Shown here in pieces: positions 19,096 to 27,849 of a DNA stretch of 64,000 nt. Location of the stretch: the NCBI GenBank assembly GCA_001001555.1, contig LCKS01000004.1:36130-100129 (forward strand), in the 5' to 3' direction. The stretch's first letter is position 1; every line of letters begins with the position of its first letter. A program made the position numbers and the translations under genes. The DNA is from Candidatus Amesbacteria bacterium GW2011_GWC2_45_19 (GTDB lineage Bacteria > Patescibacteriota > Microgenomatia > CAZETR01 > Amesbacteraceae). A model generated the notes under the pieces. It was not told where the DNA came from. It saw nothing but the letters and a program-made list of their open reading frames with translations, and ran no database searches.

Positions 19096-20076
19096 TCAAT
19101 AGGTGGGTAGGAATTGTTTGAGGTTGTCGGCGGTAATATAAAATTGGTTGCCTTTGCCTTCGACTATGAGTTTGGCGGTTTTGCGGACGATGCCCTGGAT
19201 AGTGCGCTCCAGAGTGCGGATACCGGCGTCAAAGCCTAGGGGGCGGACGATTTGGGGCCAAACGGCGTCGTCGATTTTGAGAGCTGAATCCGGAAGAGAA
19301 GCATTTTTAATCTCGATGGGCAAAACGTAATCGCGGGCGATGGTGATTTTTTCCTCGTCGTTGTAGGAGGGCATAGTCAGAGGCTCGAGCCGGTCCATGA
19401 CGGCAGCAGAAATATTGGTAGTGTTGTTACAAGTGGCAATAAACAGAACCTGGGAGAGATCGAAAGGATAATCAATGTAATGATCGGTAAAACCGGCATT
19501 TTGTTCCGGGTCGAGAAGCTCGACCAATACACCCATGATTTCAGAGCGGGCGGAATCGGCCACCCGGTCGATTTCGTCCAGTAAAATTACCGGGTTTTTG
19601 GTTTGGGCCCGGCGCAGATTTTTGATGATTTGGCCCGGCTCGGCGTCGGGGTAAACCCGGGACTGGCCACGCAAGTCTAAGGCCAAGCCCATGCCGCCAA
19701 AGGGAATGCGCACAAATTTTCTGCCCATAGCTTCGGCGATGGATTTGGCCAGAGTGGTTTTGCCGGTACCCACCAGGCCCACCAGCAATAAAATCGGGGC
19801 GTGATAAATGGTGCTTTTTTGCTGATTTAGGATCAGGACTGAGAGATATTCCAGAATGCGTTGTTTTAAATCTTCCAGGCCGTAGTGGTGCCGGTCGAGA
19901 ATTTGCTTGGCGTGACCCAAGTCTAAAATATCTTTGGTGGTTTTGTCCCAGGGAAGATTAGTAATCCAATCAATATAGTGGGCCGCCTGCTCGGGATTGG
20001 TGCCCCGAGTCAAAACCTCTTCGGCTTTGGCCCGCAGGTCATCCGGCAGCGTGGCAGTCTTTAACTTGTCATCCAT
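19096..20076 (-). CDS. lon: Lon-like AAA+ ATPase lacking N-terminal and protease domains
   Basis: YIDWITNLPW, HYGL..LKQRILEYL, GLVGTGKT, NPVILLDEID, ELLDPEQN..F.DHY; no Ser-Lys protease domain. Confidence 0.82.
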   Translation of the reverse strand: MDDKLKTATLPDDLRAKAEEVLTRGTNPEQAAHYIDWITNLPWDKTTKDILDLGHAKQILDRHHYGLEDLKQRILEYLSVLILNQQKSTIYHAPILLLVGLVGTGKTTLAKSIAEAMGRKFVRIPFGGMGLALDLRGQSRVYPDAEPGQIIKNLRRAQTKNPVILLDEIDRVADSARSEIMGVLVELLDPEQNAGFTDHYIDYPFDLSQVLFIATCNNTTNISAAVMDRLEPLTMPSYNDEEKITIARDYVLPIEIKNASLPDSALKIDDAVWPQIVRPLGFDAGIRTLERTIQGIVRKTAKLIVEGKGNQFYITADNLKQFLPTY

Positions 20077-20091
20077 TGGTTCTAGTTTACA

Positions 20092-22221
20092 TCAAAAGCG
20101 GCGGCGGGTGTCGCGGCGCATGGGGGCACGGAAGCGGTTGTCGGGGCGCCCGCCTTCGCTAAAGCTACGGCGAGGTGAAGGACGGGGCTCACGGGCTTTG
20201 ACTAGAGGCTGGCCGGCCGCGTCGAAAAGCATGGACAGGCTGATACGGTTTTGAGCGTCGATTTCGATGACCCACACCCGGACTTTATCGCCTTCGTGGA
20301 CAATCTGATTGGGATCGGCCACAAAACCCTGGGCCATCTGGGAAACGTGGACCAGGCCGTCCTTGCCGGGCAAAATATTTACAAAAGCGCCAAAAGGCTG
20401 GATGCGGGCCACGGTGCCTTCATAGATTTCTCCGGCTTTGACTTCCTGGCCCAAGGATGCAATCCAACTAATAGCGCCGTTTACACCATCCTGGTCGGTA
20501 CCGGAGATAAAAACGGAGCCGTTATCATTGACATCGATTGACACACTGAAGTCGGCCATGAGTTTTTTGATGACTTTGCCGCCCGGACCGATCAGCTCGC
20601 CGATCTTGTCCACGGGAATAGTGACCACATGAATTTTGGGAGCGTACTGGGATAATTCTTTTCTGGGTCCGGGAATAGTCTTGAGCATGGTTTGCAAAAT
20701 CTGCATGCGGGCGGTTCTAGCCCGGGCGAATGTTTGTTCACAAATATCCAAGGTTAATCCGGGAATTTTGACGTCTAATTGAATGGCGGTGATACCTGTT
20801 TCTGTGCCGGCGACTTTAAAATCCATATCGCCGTAGTGATCTTCCCCACCATTAATATCTGTCAACAGCTGGCGGTCAACCAGACCGATAGAAATACCGG
20901 CTACGGGAGCAATGATAGGAACTCCGGCGTCCATCAAGGACAAGGTTGAACCGCAGGTACTGGCCATGGAAGTGGAGCCGTCGGAGGACATGATTTCCGA
21001 AACCACCCGGATGGCGTAGGGAAAATCAGTTTCAGCAGGAATAACCGGGGCCAAGGCCCTTTCAGCCAAAGCTCCGTGACCGATTTCCCGCCGGCCGGGC
21101 GAACCCATGCGGCCGGTTTCTCCGGTGGAAAACGGGGGGAAATTGTAATGGCACATGTAACGTTTGGTGTCTTCTCCTTCGGCCGATTCCAGAGATTGAG
21201 ACAGAGAGGGGGCGCCGAGAGTTGTGACGGTTAGGACTTGTGTTTCTCCTCTTTGAAAAATGGCAGAGCCGTGAACCCGGGGCAAAACTCCAACTTCGGC
21301 AGAAAGCGGGCGGATTTCATCCAATTTGCGGCCGTCGGGGCGCTGGCCGGCCAGAATATTTTTGCGGAAAGCGGCAGAAAACAATTCTTCAACTATTTCT
21401 TTGACTTCTGCCTGGTCCTGGGGATCAAAGCTGGAAACGAGAGGTTCTATTTCTGCCTCATCCTGCAAATTTTTGGCGGCTTTGCGAACTTGGGCCACCA
21501 GTTCAGAATTATGATCTTTAGCGGTAACAGAAATTTTGTCCCGGCCAATTTCTTTGACCAAGTTATTGATGAGGGAGATAATTTTTTTGTTTTCGGCAAA
21601 CCCGGTTTTCAAAGCTTCCAGGATAGTAGCTTCCGGGACTTGATTGGCCCCGGCCTCAATCATAGGAATAACAGTTTCGGAACTGGTGACAACCAAGTCC
21701 AAATCCACTCCAGCGCGGTTTCCGTTTTCGGGGTTAATCACCAACTGGCCGTCGACCAATCCCATACGAACTGCGGCCACGGGTCCATTCCAGGGAATTG
21801 GGGAAATAGCCAAAGCGGCCGAGGTGGCAATGAGACCTAAAACGTCGGCATCGTTGGCGGTGTCTACGGAGAGGACGGTAATAATTACCTGGACTTCGTT
21901 TTTAAGCCCTTTGGGGAAAAGAGGGCGGATGGAACGGTCAATGAGCCGAGCTGATAAAACTTCGGCGTCGGTAGGGCGGCCTTCGCGTTTAACCCAACGC
22001 GAACCTTTGATGCGGCCGCCGGCATATAAACGCTCTTGGTACTCGACAGATAAAGGAAAATAATCTTTTTTCAGGTCTTCTTTACCCAGAACGACAGTGG
22101 CCAAAAGCGAAGTGTCCCCATAACGGGCAAAAACGGCGCTGGTGGCACGAGAAGCGAACCGACCAACCTCTAAGGTTAAAGTACGTCCGGCTAGTTCTAA
22201 AGTTTTACTGACTAATTTCAT
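20092..22221 (-). CDS. pnp: polyribonucleotide nucleotidyltransferase
   Basis: [30 protein letters not shown] and S1 domains. Confidence 0.97.
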   Translation of the reverse strand: MKLVSKTLELAGRTLTLEVGRFASRATSAVFARYGDTSLLATVVLGKEDLKKDYFPLSVEYQERLYAGGRIKGSRWVKREGRPTDAEVLSARLIDRSIRPLFPKGLKNEVQVIITVLSVDTANDADVLGLIATSAALAISPIPWNGPVAAVRMGLVDGQLVINPENGNRAGVDLDLVVTSSETVIPMIEAGANQVPEATILEALKTGFAENKKIISLINNLVKEIGRDKISVTAKDHNSELVAQVRKAAKNLQDEAEIEPLVSSFDPQDQAEVKEIVEELFSAAFRKNILAGQRPDGRKLDEIRPLSAEVGVLPRVHGSAIFQRGETQVLTVTTLGAPSLSQSLESAEGEDTKRYMCHYNFPPFSTGETGRMGSPGRREIGHGALAERALAPVIPAETDFPYAIRVVSEIMSSDGSTSMASTCGSTLSLMDAGVPIIAPVAGISIGLVDRQLLTDINGGEDHYGDMDFKVAGTETGITAIQLDVKIPGLTLDICEQTFARARTARMQILQTMLKTIPGPRKELSQYAPKIHVVTIPVDKIGELIGPGGKVIKKLMADFSVSIDVNDNGSVFISGTDQDGVNGAISWIASLGQEVKAGEIYEGTVARIQPFGAFVNILPGKDGLVHVSQMAQGFVADPNQIVHEGDKVRVWVIEIDAQNRISLSMLFDAAGQPLVKAREPRPSPRRSFSEGGRPDNRFRAPMRRDTRRRF
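20148..20175. repeat. 28-bp hairpin repeat (family B) in frame in pnp
   Basis: gcccgccttcgctaaagctacggcgagg; 27/28 identical to 54562-54589 in lepA. Confidence 0.75.
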
Positions 22222-22487
22222 TTGGATAAACCCAATTTCTTAGACAGGTCATTATATCTTTTAATGTCCTTCTTTTGTAAGTAGAATAATAGTCGGCGGC
22301 GCTTGTTGACCATAGATAGCAGGCCCCGGCGGGAATGTTCGTCCTTTTTATGGGCTTGCAAATGTTCGACCAATTTGGTGATCTTTTCGCTCAGCAGGGC
22401 CGCCTGAACTTCGGGAGAACCGGTGTCTCCTTTGCCTTGGGCAAATTTCTTGATGACGTCTTCTTTTGATTTAGGGTCTAAAGCCAT
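22218..22487 (-). CDS. rpsO: 30S ribosomal protein S15
   Basis: [20 protein letters not shown]. Confidence 0.97.
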   Translation of the reverse strand: MALDPKSKEDVIKKFAQGKGDTGSPEVQAALLSEKITKLVEHLQAHKKDEHSRRGLLSMVNKRRRLLFYLQKKDIKRYNDLSKKLGLSK

Positions 22488-22494
22488 AATAAAC

Positions 22495-22554
22495 GTAAGA
22501 GGTAGGGCGAGAGTGAGTCCGCTTAGCGGACAAACCCCCGTTAATGTCTCTTAC
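22495..22554 (-). promoter_or_regulatory. structured rpsO 5' leader
   Basis: Outer stem gtaagag/ctcttac, inner hairpin gtccgc-taa-gcggac; TGtTATAAT -10 at about 22562-22570. Confidence 0.6.
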
Positions 22555-22671
22555 TGCCGGTATTATAACACAAAAATGGGTTCTAAAACCAATTTGGGCT
22601 ATTATTCGCATCAAATTATCCTCTTACAAATCCCCACGGCCGTCAAAATTTGTAAGAAACTTGTCCAAAAT

Positions 22672-23421
22672 TTAGGAAACGGTGGTGCCGGAAAAGACTT
22701 TGGGGGTGTACCAATCGGGAGACGGGTTAGTTGGTTCTTGGTTATTGGTTATCTGCGAGTTACTTGGTTCTGGAGTGAAGCCGTCGTGGCGGCGGGCACC
22801 CTGGCGCATAAGAACTGCGGCGATTTCAAAAGTATCGGCCGTGACATTAGCCGTAAAATTGGAGGTAGATTTTTCCAGTCCGGCTAAGAGATTAGAGGCG
22901 GCATCATTAGAAATAGGGAGCTTGAGAGTTTCGAGAAGGCGGGTGACTTCCTCGGATCCAGCCAGAGAAAAGTGTTTGGTTTGAGCAAAAACTTCCGGAA
23001 CTTCCGCTCCGGCCACCAGAATGATCAGATCGGCCTGGGCGCCGCCAGAGATGAAATTTAATTTGCGGTGGTCAAGACCGGGGGTGTTGGGTTTGGGAGT
23101 GATAACTAAATTCAGCTCCCCCCTATCATCTAAATGATAACTGACTTTATCCACAATTTCCGTCTGGCCGGGAAAGGTGATCACCAGGTTGCGGCTGCCA
23201 AAGTTAGAAATGACCGTATCTGCTCCCACTAAGCGGTGAAATTCCACGGTCATGGGATCGGCACAGGTCACAGAGGCGGGTTTGCCGAACTGATCCAGGG
23301 AGAGTTTGAGAGCCAGGGCGGCGGCCACGGCATCATAGCCAGGGTTTTGGGGAAGAAGAATGGCTACCGAACGGGCAGAATCCAGCAGGCCCTTAAATTG
23401 ATTGGTATCAACTGGCGCCAT
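22672..23421 (-). CDS. degenerate DHH/NrnA-like protein
   Basis: YDAVAAALAL and AASNLLAGL...T.NF....T..TFE.AA.L..GA motifs; no DHH triad; lies downstream of infB. Confidence 0.7.
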   Translation of the reverse strand: MAPVDTNQFKGLLDSARSVAILLPQNPGYDAVAAALALKLSLDQFGKPASVTCADPMTVEFHRLVGADTVISNFGSRNLVITFPGQTEIVDKVSYHLDDRGELNLVITPKPNTPGLDHRKLNFISGGAQADLIILVAGAEVPEVFAQTKHFSLAGSEEVTRLLETLKLPISNDAASNLLAGLEKSTSNFTANVTADTFEIAAVLMRQGARRHDGFTPEPSNSQITNNQEPTNPSPDWYTPKVFSGTTVS

Positions 23422-24796
23422 GGATAGTGACGGCTATTATAATATCACCGGTCTTGAAGTCAACTGGCGGAGAAAAAACGGCCCCGAATTCCTGGCCGGT
23501 TTTAATTTTTTCAACTTCGGCTTTGCCAATTTTAAGAGATTTTATTTTGGTAATTTTGTCACCGATTTTGATCGAGTTGGTTTTGAGTATTTCTCCTTCG
23601 GTGCATTTACCCCCGGCCACCCGTAGATTGTCTATTTTGAACCCGGCCAGAATCTGGGCCCGGCCGGTAATGGTTTCGGTCTCTTGAGGATGGACTAATT
23701 TTTCTATGGCATCTAAAAGCTCATAAATAACATTAAAAGAGTGGATTTTAACTTTGTCTATTTCGGCTAGTTTGGCGGTGGAGCCGGGAATTTTGACATT
23801 AAAAGCAATTATTTGAGAATTTGTGGAAGTGGCAAAAAGAATGTCAGATTCGGTAACTTCGCCAGTAGCTGACGAAATTAGATTGACTTCCGGGGGTAAC
23901 AAAGAAGTAATGGCCTCAAGAGAACCGAGAGTGTCGGCTTTGAGGATAATTTTGACTATATCACCCTCTCCCTTCGGCCTGCCTGCCGGCAAGGCAGGGT
24001 TTCCCCCTCTTAAATTAAGAGGGGGAACGAAAGGGGGTGATATTTTAGTGATAGCAGAACTTAGTACAGACCCTACAGGGACGACGGAAGTGAGGCCGAG
24101 AATTTCGACGGGGGTAGAAGGCAGAGCAGGATTGACAGACAGGGCCTTGGCTTTACCGACCAATTTGTCTGAAAATAGCTCCTGGCCAACTTTTAAAGTA
24201 CCGTTTTTGACGATGCACATAGCCAAAGGGCCGCGGCGGGTATCCAAGTGAGATTCAAGAACAATACACTCTAGAGAGCCGGAAGGGTCGGAGACTGGAG
24301 GTTGGAGGCTAGAAACTAGATGGACCATCTCCAAAAGTTCAGGCAAGCCCTGGCCGGTTTTGGCAGAAACGGGAATGGCAGGTACGTCACCTCCAAACCC
24401 TTCGACTAAAACTGCGTTTTCAACCAATTGGGATTTGACGGTGTCTGCGGAGGCCCCGGGAAGGTCCATTTTATTAATAGCCACAATCATGGGAATACCG
24501 GCTGATTTAATGGTGGCTATAGATTCTTTGGTCTGGGGCATGACCCCGTCTACGGCGGAAATTACCAAAATAGCAATGTCGGCAATATCAGCTCCCCGGC
24601 TGCGCATTTGAGAAAAAGCAGCGTGTCCCGGCGTGTCGATGAAAGTGATACCGTTCGTCTGGAAAGCGTGAGTGCTTTGGGTTATACCCCCGACTTCACG
24701 AGAGGCGATGTTGGTTTTACACAGAGCATCAAGAAGAAAAGTTTTGCCATGATCTACATGGCCCAAAATGACAACGATAGGTGGTCTGGTTTGCAT
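23408..24796 (-). CDS. infB: translation initiation factor IF-2 (short)
   Basis: [37 protein letters not shown] motifs. Confidence 0.96.
   Translation of the reverse strand: MQTRPPIVVILGHVDHGKTFLLDALCKTNIASREVGGITQSTHAFQTNGITFIDTPGHAAFSQMRSRGADIADIAILVISAVDGVMPQTKESIATIKSAGIPMIVAINKMDLPGASADTVKSQLVENAVLVEGFGGDVPAIPVSAKTGQGLPELLEMVHLVSSLQPPVSDPSGSLECIVLESHLDTRRGPLAMCIVKNGTLKVGQELFSDKLVGKAKALSVNPALPSTPVEILGLTSVVPVGSVLSSAITKISPPFVPPLNLRGGNPALPAGRPKGEGDIVKIILKADTLGSLEAITSLLPPEVNLISSATGEVTESDILFATSTNSQIIAFNVKIPGSTAKLAEIDKVKIHSFNVIYELLDAIEKLVHPQETETITGRAQILAGFKIDNLRVAGGKCTEGEILKTNSIKIGDKITKIKSLKIGKAEVEKIKTGQEFGAVFSPPVDFKTGDIIIAVTIHGAS
23958..24043. repeat. palindromic element (family A) in frame in infB with nested cctgcc..ggcagg hairpin
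   Basis: atatcaccc...ccccctcttaaattaagaggggg...gggtgatat; translated as ISPPFVPPLNLRGGNPALPAGRPKGEGDI. Confidence 0.78.
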
Positions 24797-24797
24797 C

Positions 24798-25769
24798 TCA
24801 TTTTTCGCTCTTGATATCGATGTGATAGCCGGTGAGCTTGCCGGCTAGTTTGGCGTTTTGACCCTCGCGGCCGATAGCCAGAGACAGTTGATCGGCGGGG
24901 GCAGTAACAACGGCCTCAGCTTTTTTGGCATTGGCTTTGACGATCAGGCCGGTGGCGGGAGACAGGGCGGAGGCGATAAATTTCTCCGTCTCTTCACTAA
25001 ACTGAACTATATCTATTTTTTCTCCGTTGAGCTCACCGATAACAGCCTGAACCCGGACGCCTTTTTGGCCTACACAGGAGCCGACCGGATCTACCCCAGA
25101 TTGGTGGGAGTAGACGGCAATTTTGGTCCGGGATCCGGGGTCGCGGGCAATGACTTTAATCTCGACAGCACCGGAGTTGACCTCGGGAACTTCTCTTTTG
25201 AACAATTCCTTGATCAGACCGGTGTTGGCCCGGGAAACGATCACTTCGCGGCCACGTAAGGAGTCGCGGATACTGTCCAGATAAAAAGTCAGGCGTTGGT
25301 TGATGTGATAGTCCTCGGAATAGACCTGTTCGGCGGGAGGCATGACGGCCTCGGCCTTGCCGATATCCACAATGATTTCGTTGCCGATGAAGCGCAGAAT
25401 CATGCCGTTGACCAGTGTGCCTAAGCGTTTTTCATATTCGGTGACGGTGGCGGATTTTTCGGCCTCGCGGATTTTCTGCATGATAACTTGCTTGGCAGTT
25501 TGGGCGGCGATGCGGCCAAACCCCGGAGGAGTGATATCCAATCTTTTTTTACCCTTGAGAACAAATACCCGGTGGTCGCCTGTTTGAGAATCGAGGTCCG
25601 AATCGTATGTTTTAGTCTCGTCGTATTGGTCGGGATGGTCTTTTTTAAAGGCGGCGACAATGGCTTGCTTAATAGTGTCCAGGACGACTTGAGGATCCAG
25701 ATTGCGCTCATGCGCCACCTGATTTAAGGCGGAGGCAAATTCGGTTCTGGCTTGCAAAACTTTGGCCAT
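24798..25769 (-). CDS. nusA: transcription termination factor NusA
   Basis: FGRIAAQTAKQVI, ARDPGSRTKIAV, DPVGSCVG, LSLAIGREGQN motifs. Confidence 0.97.
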   Translation of the reverse strand: MAKVLQARTEFASALNQVAHERNLDPQVVLDTIKQAIVAAFKKDHPDQYDETKTYDSDLDSQTGDHRVFVLKGKKRLDITPPGFGRIAAQTAKQVIMQKIREAEKSATVTEYEKRLGTLVNGMILRFIGNEIIVDIGKAEAVMPPAEQVYSEDYHINQRLTFYLDSIRDSLRGREVIVSRANTGLIKELFKREVPEVNSGAVEIKVIARDPGSRTKIAVYSHQSGVDPVGSCVGQKGVRVQAVIGELNGEKIDIVQFSEETEKFIASALSPATGLIVKANAKKAEAVVTAPADQLSLAIGREGQNAKLAGKLTGYHIDIKSEK

Positions 25770-25830
25770 ACAGTGGCCAATTTTATCAGAAGCTGAGGCG
25801 TTATACCACCCCCACCCTCCCCCTCCTAAT

Positions 25831-26190
25831 CTAGGAGGGGGTAAGTTCCTTTCTAATCTGGTCCACTACTTTGTCTAAATTGGACTGAACTTCCCAATTC
25901 CAAAATCTAATAACTTTGATGTTAAAAGCCCCTAGATATCTGGTTCTATACGAATCATATTTATAATTTTGCTTGTGTTGCTCGCCATCGAGTTCTATGG
26001 CAAGTTTTTTCTCCGGACAGTAAAAGTCCAAAATATAAAATGTTACACTGTGCTGTCGGCGAAACTTAAAGCCGAGGCGGCTATTTTTCAACTTGCTCCA
26101 AAGCAACCTTTCTTCTCTAGTGCCATAGTTTCTTGACCTCCTTCGTTTTTGTTTGAGTTTAGGAGTATTAAAAATAAATTCTTTTCTCAT
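25831..26190 (-). CDS. DUF559 (Vsr-like) endonuclease
   Basis: EERLLWSKL..LGFKFRRQH..FYILDFYC...LAIELDG.QH...D..RT..L...VIRFWN. Confidence 0.92.
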   Translation of the reverse strand: MRKEFIFNTPKLKQKRRRSRNYGTREERLLWSKLKNSRLGFKFRRQHSVTFYILDFYCPEKKLAIELDGEQHKQNYKYDSYRTRYLGAFNIKVIRFWNWEVQSNLDKVVDQIRKELTPS

Positions 26191-26260
26191 AAAACTGTAG
26201 TTTTATTTCCTTAATCTTACCAGTGCGCGCCTTTTGTGTTCAGGGTGTTAATATGATCGC

Positions 26261-27022
26261 ATGGTCAGTCGTTTGTATTCCGCTATATATTTATTGGAAA
26301 AATTATCTAATTTGGGGGCCATGAAGGTTAATATGCAGTATTTAACGAAAGGTGGCCCGGAATTAAATCACTTTATCGATCGTCAGGCACACCCTGCTAG
26401 AAATGAATATCTTGATATATGCAACCTTAAAAGATTTGTTGAGAGTGGCGAATATGTGATCTCAAATAAATATGTATGTATTTCGACTACATTTGAAACT
26501 TCCGATGTCAAATATAAGGCTTTTATTGGTCTTGATGTGGAGATCGGCGATGAGAAAGTAGTGTTTAATGTTGCCAAGTTTCTCGCACATAAATTAGGTA
26601 AATCGATTGATGTATTTAAAACAACGCGCGGTTTCCACTTTTTTATTCCTGATTTGGTATTTTCTGGTGATTTTGAGTACTTAACGAAAATATTTGAAAT
26701 TGCGAACGATGCTTCTTTGCGGATTGGAGACAAGTGGGTCGCAGGATATTTTGACTGTGTAAAAAAAGCAAAAACTTATAAAGATTTACAACAAATTTCG
26801 CGAGAAATATTAAACAATTTCGGACACTATCAAGCCAGAGGAAAATACACCTTCTTTGACTTAAGACATATCGCTCATGGCATGTTCGAATATGAACGTC
26901 AGCGGGGTATTTCTGATCAGAATAATGGTGTTAGAACACAATTGTTTTTTAGAATAACATCCAAGAACCACAACGATCATCCTCCGGTGTTTATAAAACA
27001 GTTTATTTATTCCCCCTCCTAA
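26261..27022 (+). CDS. hypothetical protein, AEP/primase-polymerase-like motifs
   Basis: FIGLDVE (motif I-like) and TTRGFHF (motif II-like); low GC; start may be a later ATG. Confidence 0.55.
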   Translation: MVSRLYSAIYLLEKLSNLGAMKVNMQYLTKGGPELNHFIDRQAHPARNEYLDICNLKRFVESGEYVISNKYVCISTTFETSDVKYKAFIGLDVEIGDEKVVFNVAKFLAHKLGKSIDVFKTTRGFHFFIPDLVFSGDFEYLTKIFEIANDASLRIGDKWVAGYFDCVKKAKTYKDLQQISREILNNFGHYQARGKYTFFDLRHIAHGMFEYERQRGISDQNNGVRTQLFFRITSKNHNDHPPVFIKQFIYSPS

Positions 27023-27048
27023 GTTAGGAGGGGGACGAGGGGGTGGTA

Positions 27049-27123
27049 CTAGAGAATGTCTGCTAATTCTTCCAGTAAACGTCTTTGTTCGTGGGAAAGA
27101 TGGGCGGGGAGATCGATGTAGAA
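27049..27123 (-). pseudogene. diverged duplicate of the dnaJ 3' end
   Basis: FYIDLPAHLSHEQRRLLEELADIL* versus DnaJ C-terminus FYIRLIIDFPTHLSHRQKQILEEFERS*. Confidence 0.72.
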
Positions 27124-27221
27124 ATGTTCCACCTAAGAGATGGAACTGCCTAACTATATTAAGCTAGGCGGTCTAATTGTTTATTGACATCTGGTCTTAC
27201 CCTTGTTAACATTAGTTTACA

Positions 27222-27827
27222 ATGGAACAGGGTGATGCGGGTGTTGCTGTTCCCGAAAAGGAAGCGGCCGATGAGACGTTAAGGCCTGTTGTTGACAGGT
27301 TGCTCCTTGACACGCATTTTCGGGAAGTTCCCCTCCCAGATAACTTTGATGGTTGGACTGGCGAAGATCTAAGGAAGCGCCCCAATGAATCTCTGAAGAG
27401 AATGCTTACCCAGGAGGCGGTTGGGGAAGTTCAACAGGCTTTGGGACTAAGTTTTGAATCTAAGTTTAGTGGTCACACTGGTCGCCCATTACCGAAGGCG
27501 GAGACAAAACAAGCTGTTCCTGATTATGAAAGTTGGTCTGCAAGACTAGAGGCTTTAAGAGGAGAAATGGGCGAGAAAGTAAATGAGGCGGAAGCACGAG
27601 GCGTGAGTGTTCCAAGATTTGACGCTGAAACGGGACAGCCCCTGCCCAAAAACTCATTAAGAGTTTATGAGGCCGTGCATGGCAGACGTCAGCCTCAAGA
27701 GGCACCTCCGTCTATGTCTGATCAAGAGGCTCTTGAAATGGGTCTTAGTGCCTTGAGGGAAATGAAGGCCATAAGGCGTGAAGACGAAGCTGCTAGGAAA
27801 TCCGGAGGACTACTGCCCAGATCGTGA
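27222..27827 (+). CDS. hypothetical acidic protein
   Basis: 201-aa ORF with upstream TTGACA-17-TAACAT; internal repeat GHTGRPLPK / AETGQPLPK. Confidence 0.7.
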   Translation: MEQGDAGVAVPEKEAADETLRPVVDRLLLDTHFREVPLPDNFDGWTGEDLRKRPNESLKRMLTQEAVGEVQQALGLSFESKFSGHTGRPLPKAETKQAVPDYESWSARLEALRGEMGEKVNEAEARGVSVPRFDAETGQPLPKNSLRVYEAVHGRRQPQEAPPSMSDQEALEMGLSALREMKAIRREDEAARKSGGLLPRS

Positions 27828-27849
27828 GACGGTAATTTGGGTTACCAAC

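Larger units (their letters stand above)
25804..27048. mobile_element. candidate mobile unit: DUF559 endonuclease plus AEP-like gene between hairpin inverted repeats
   Basis: Left end taccacccccaccctccccctcctaatctaggaggggg and right end ccccctcctaagttaggagggggacgagggggtggta are mutually inverted; the interior is AT-rich. Confidence 0.55.

Noticed and set aside
22575..22671. tRNA or ncRNA in the rpsO upstream gap (cttacaaat/atttgtaag inverted repeat)
   Set aside because: No cloverleaf or T-loop motif; only a 9-bp stem, too weak to call.
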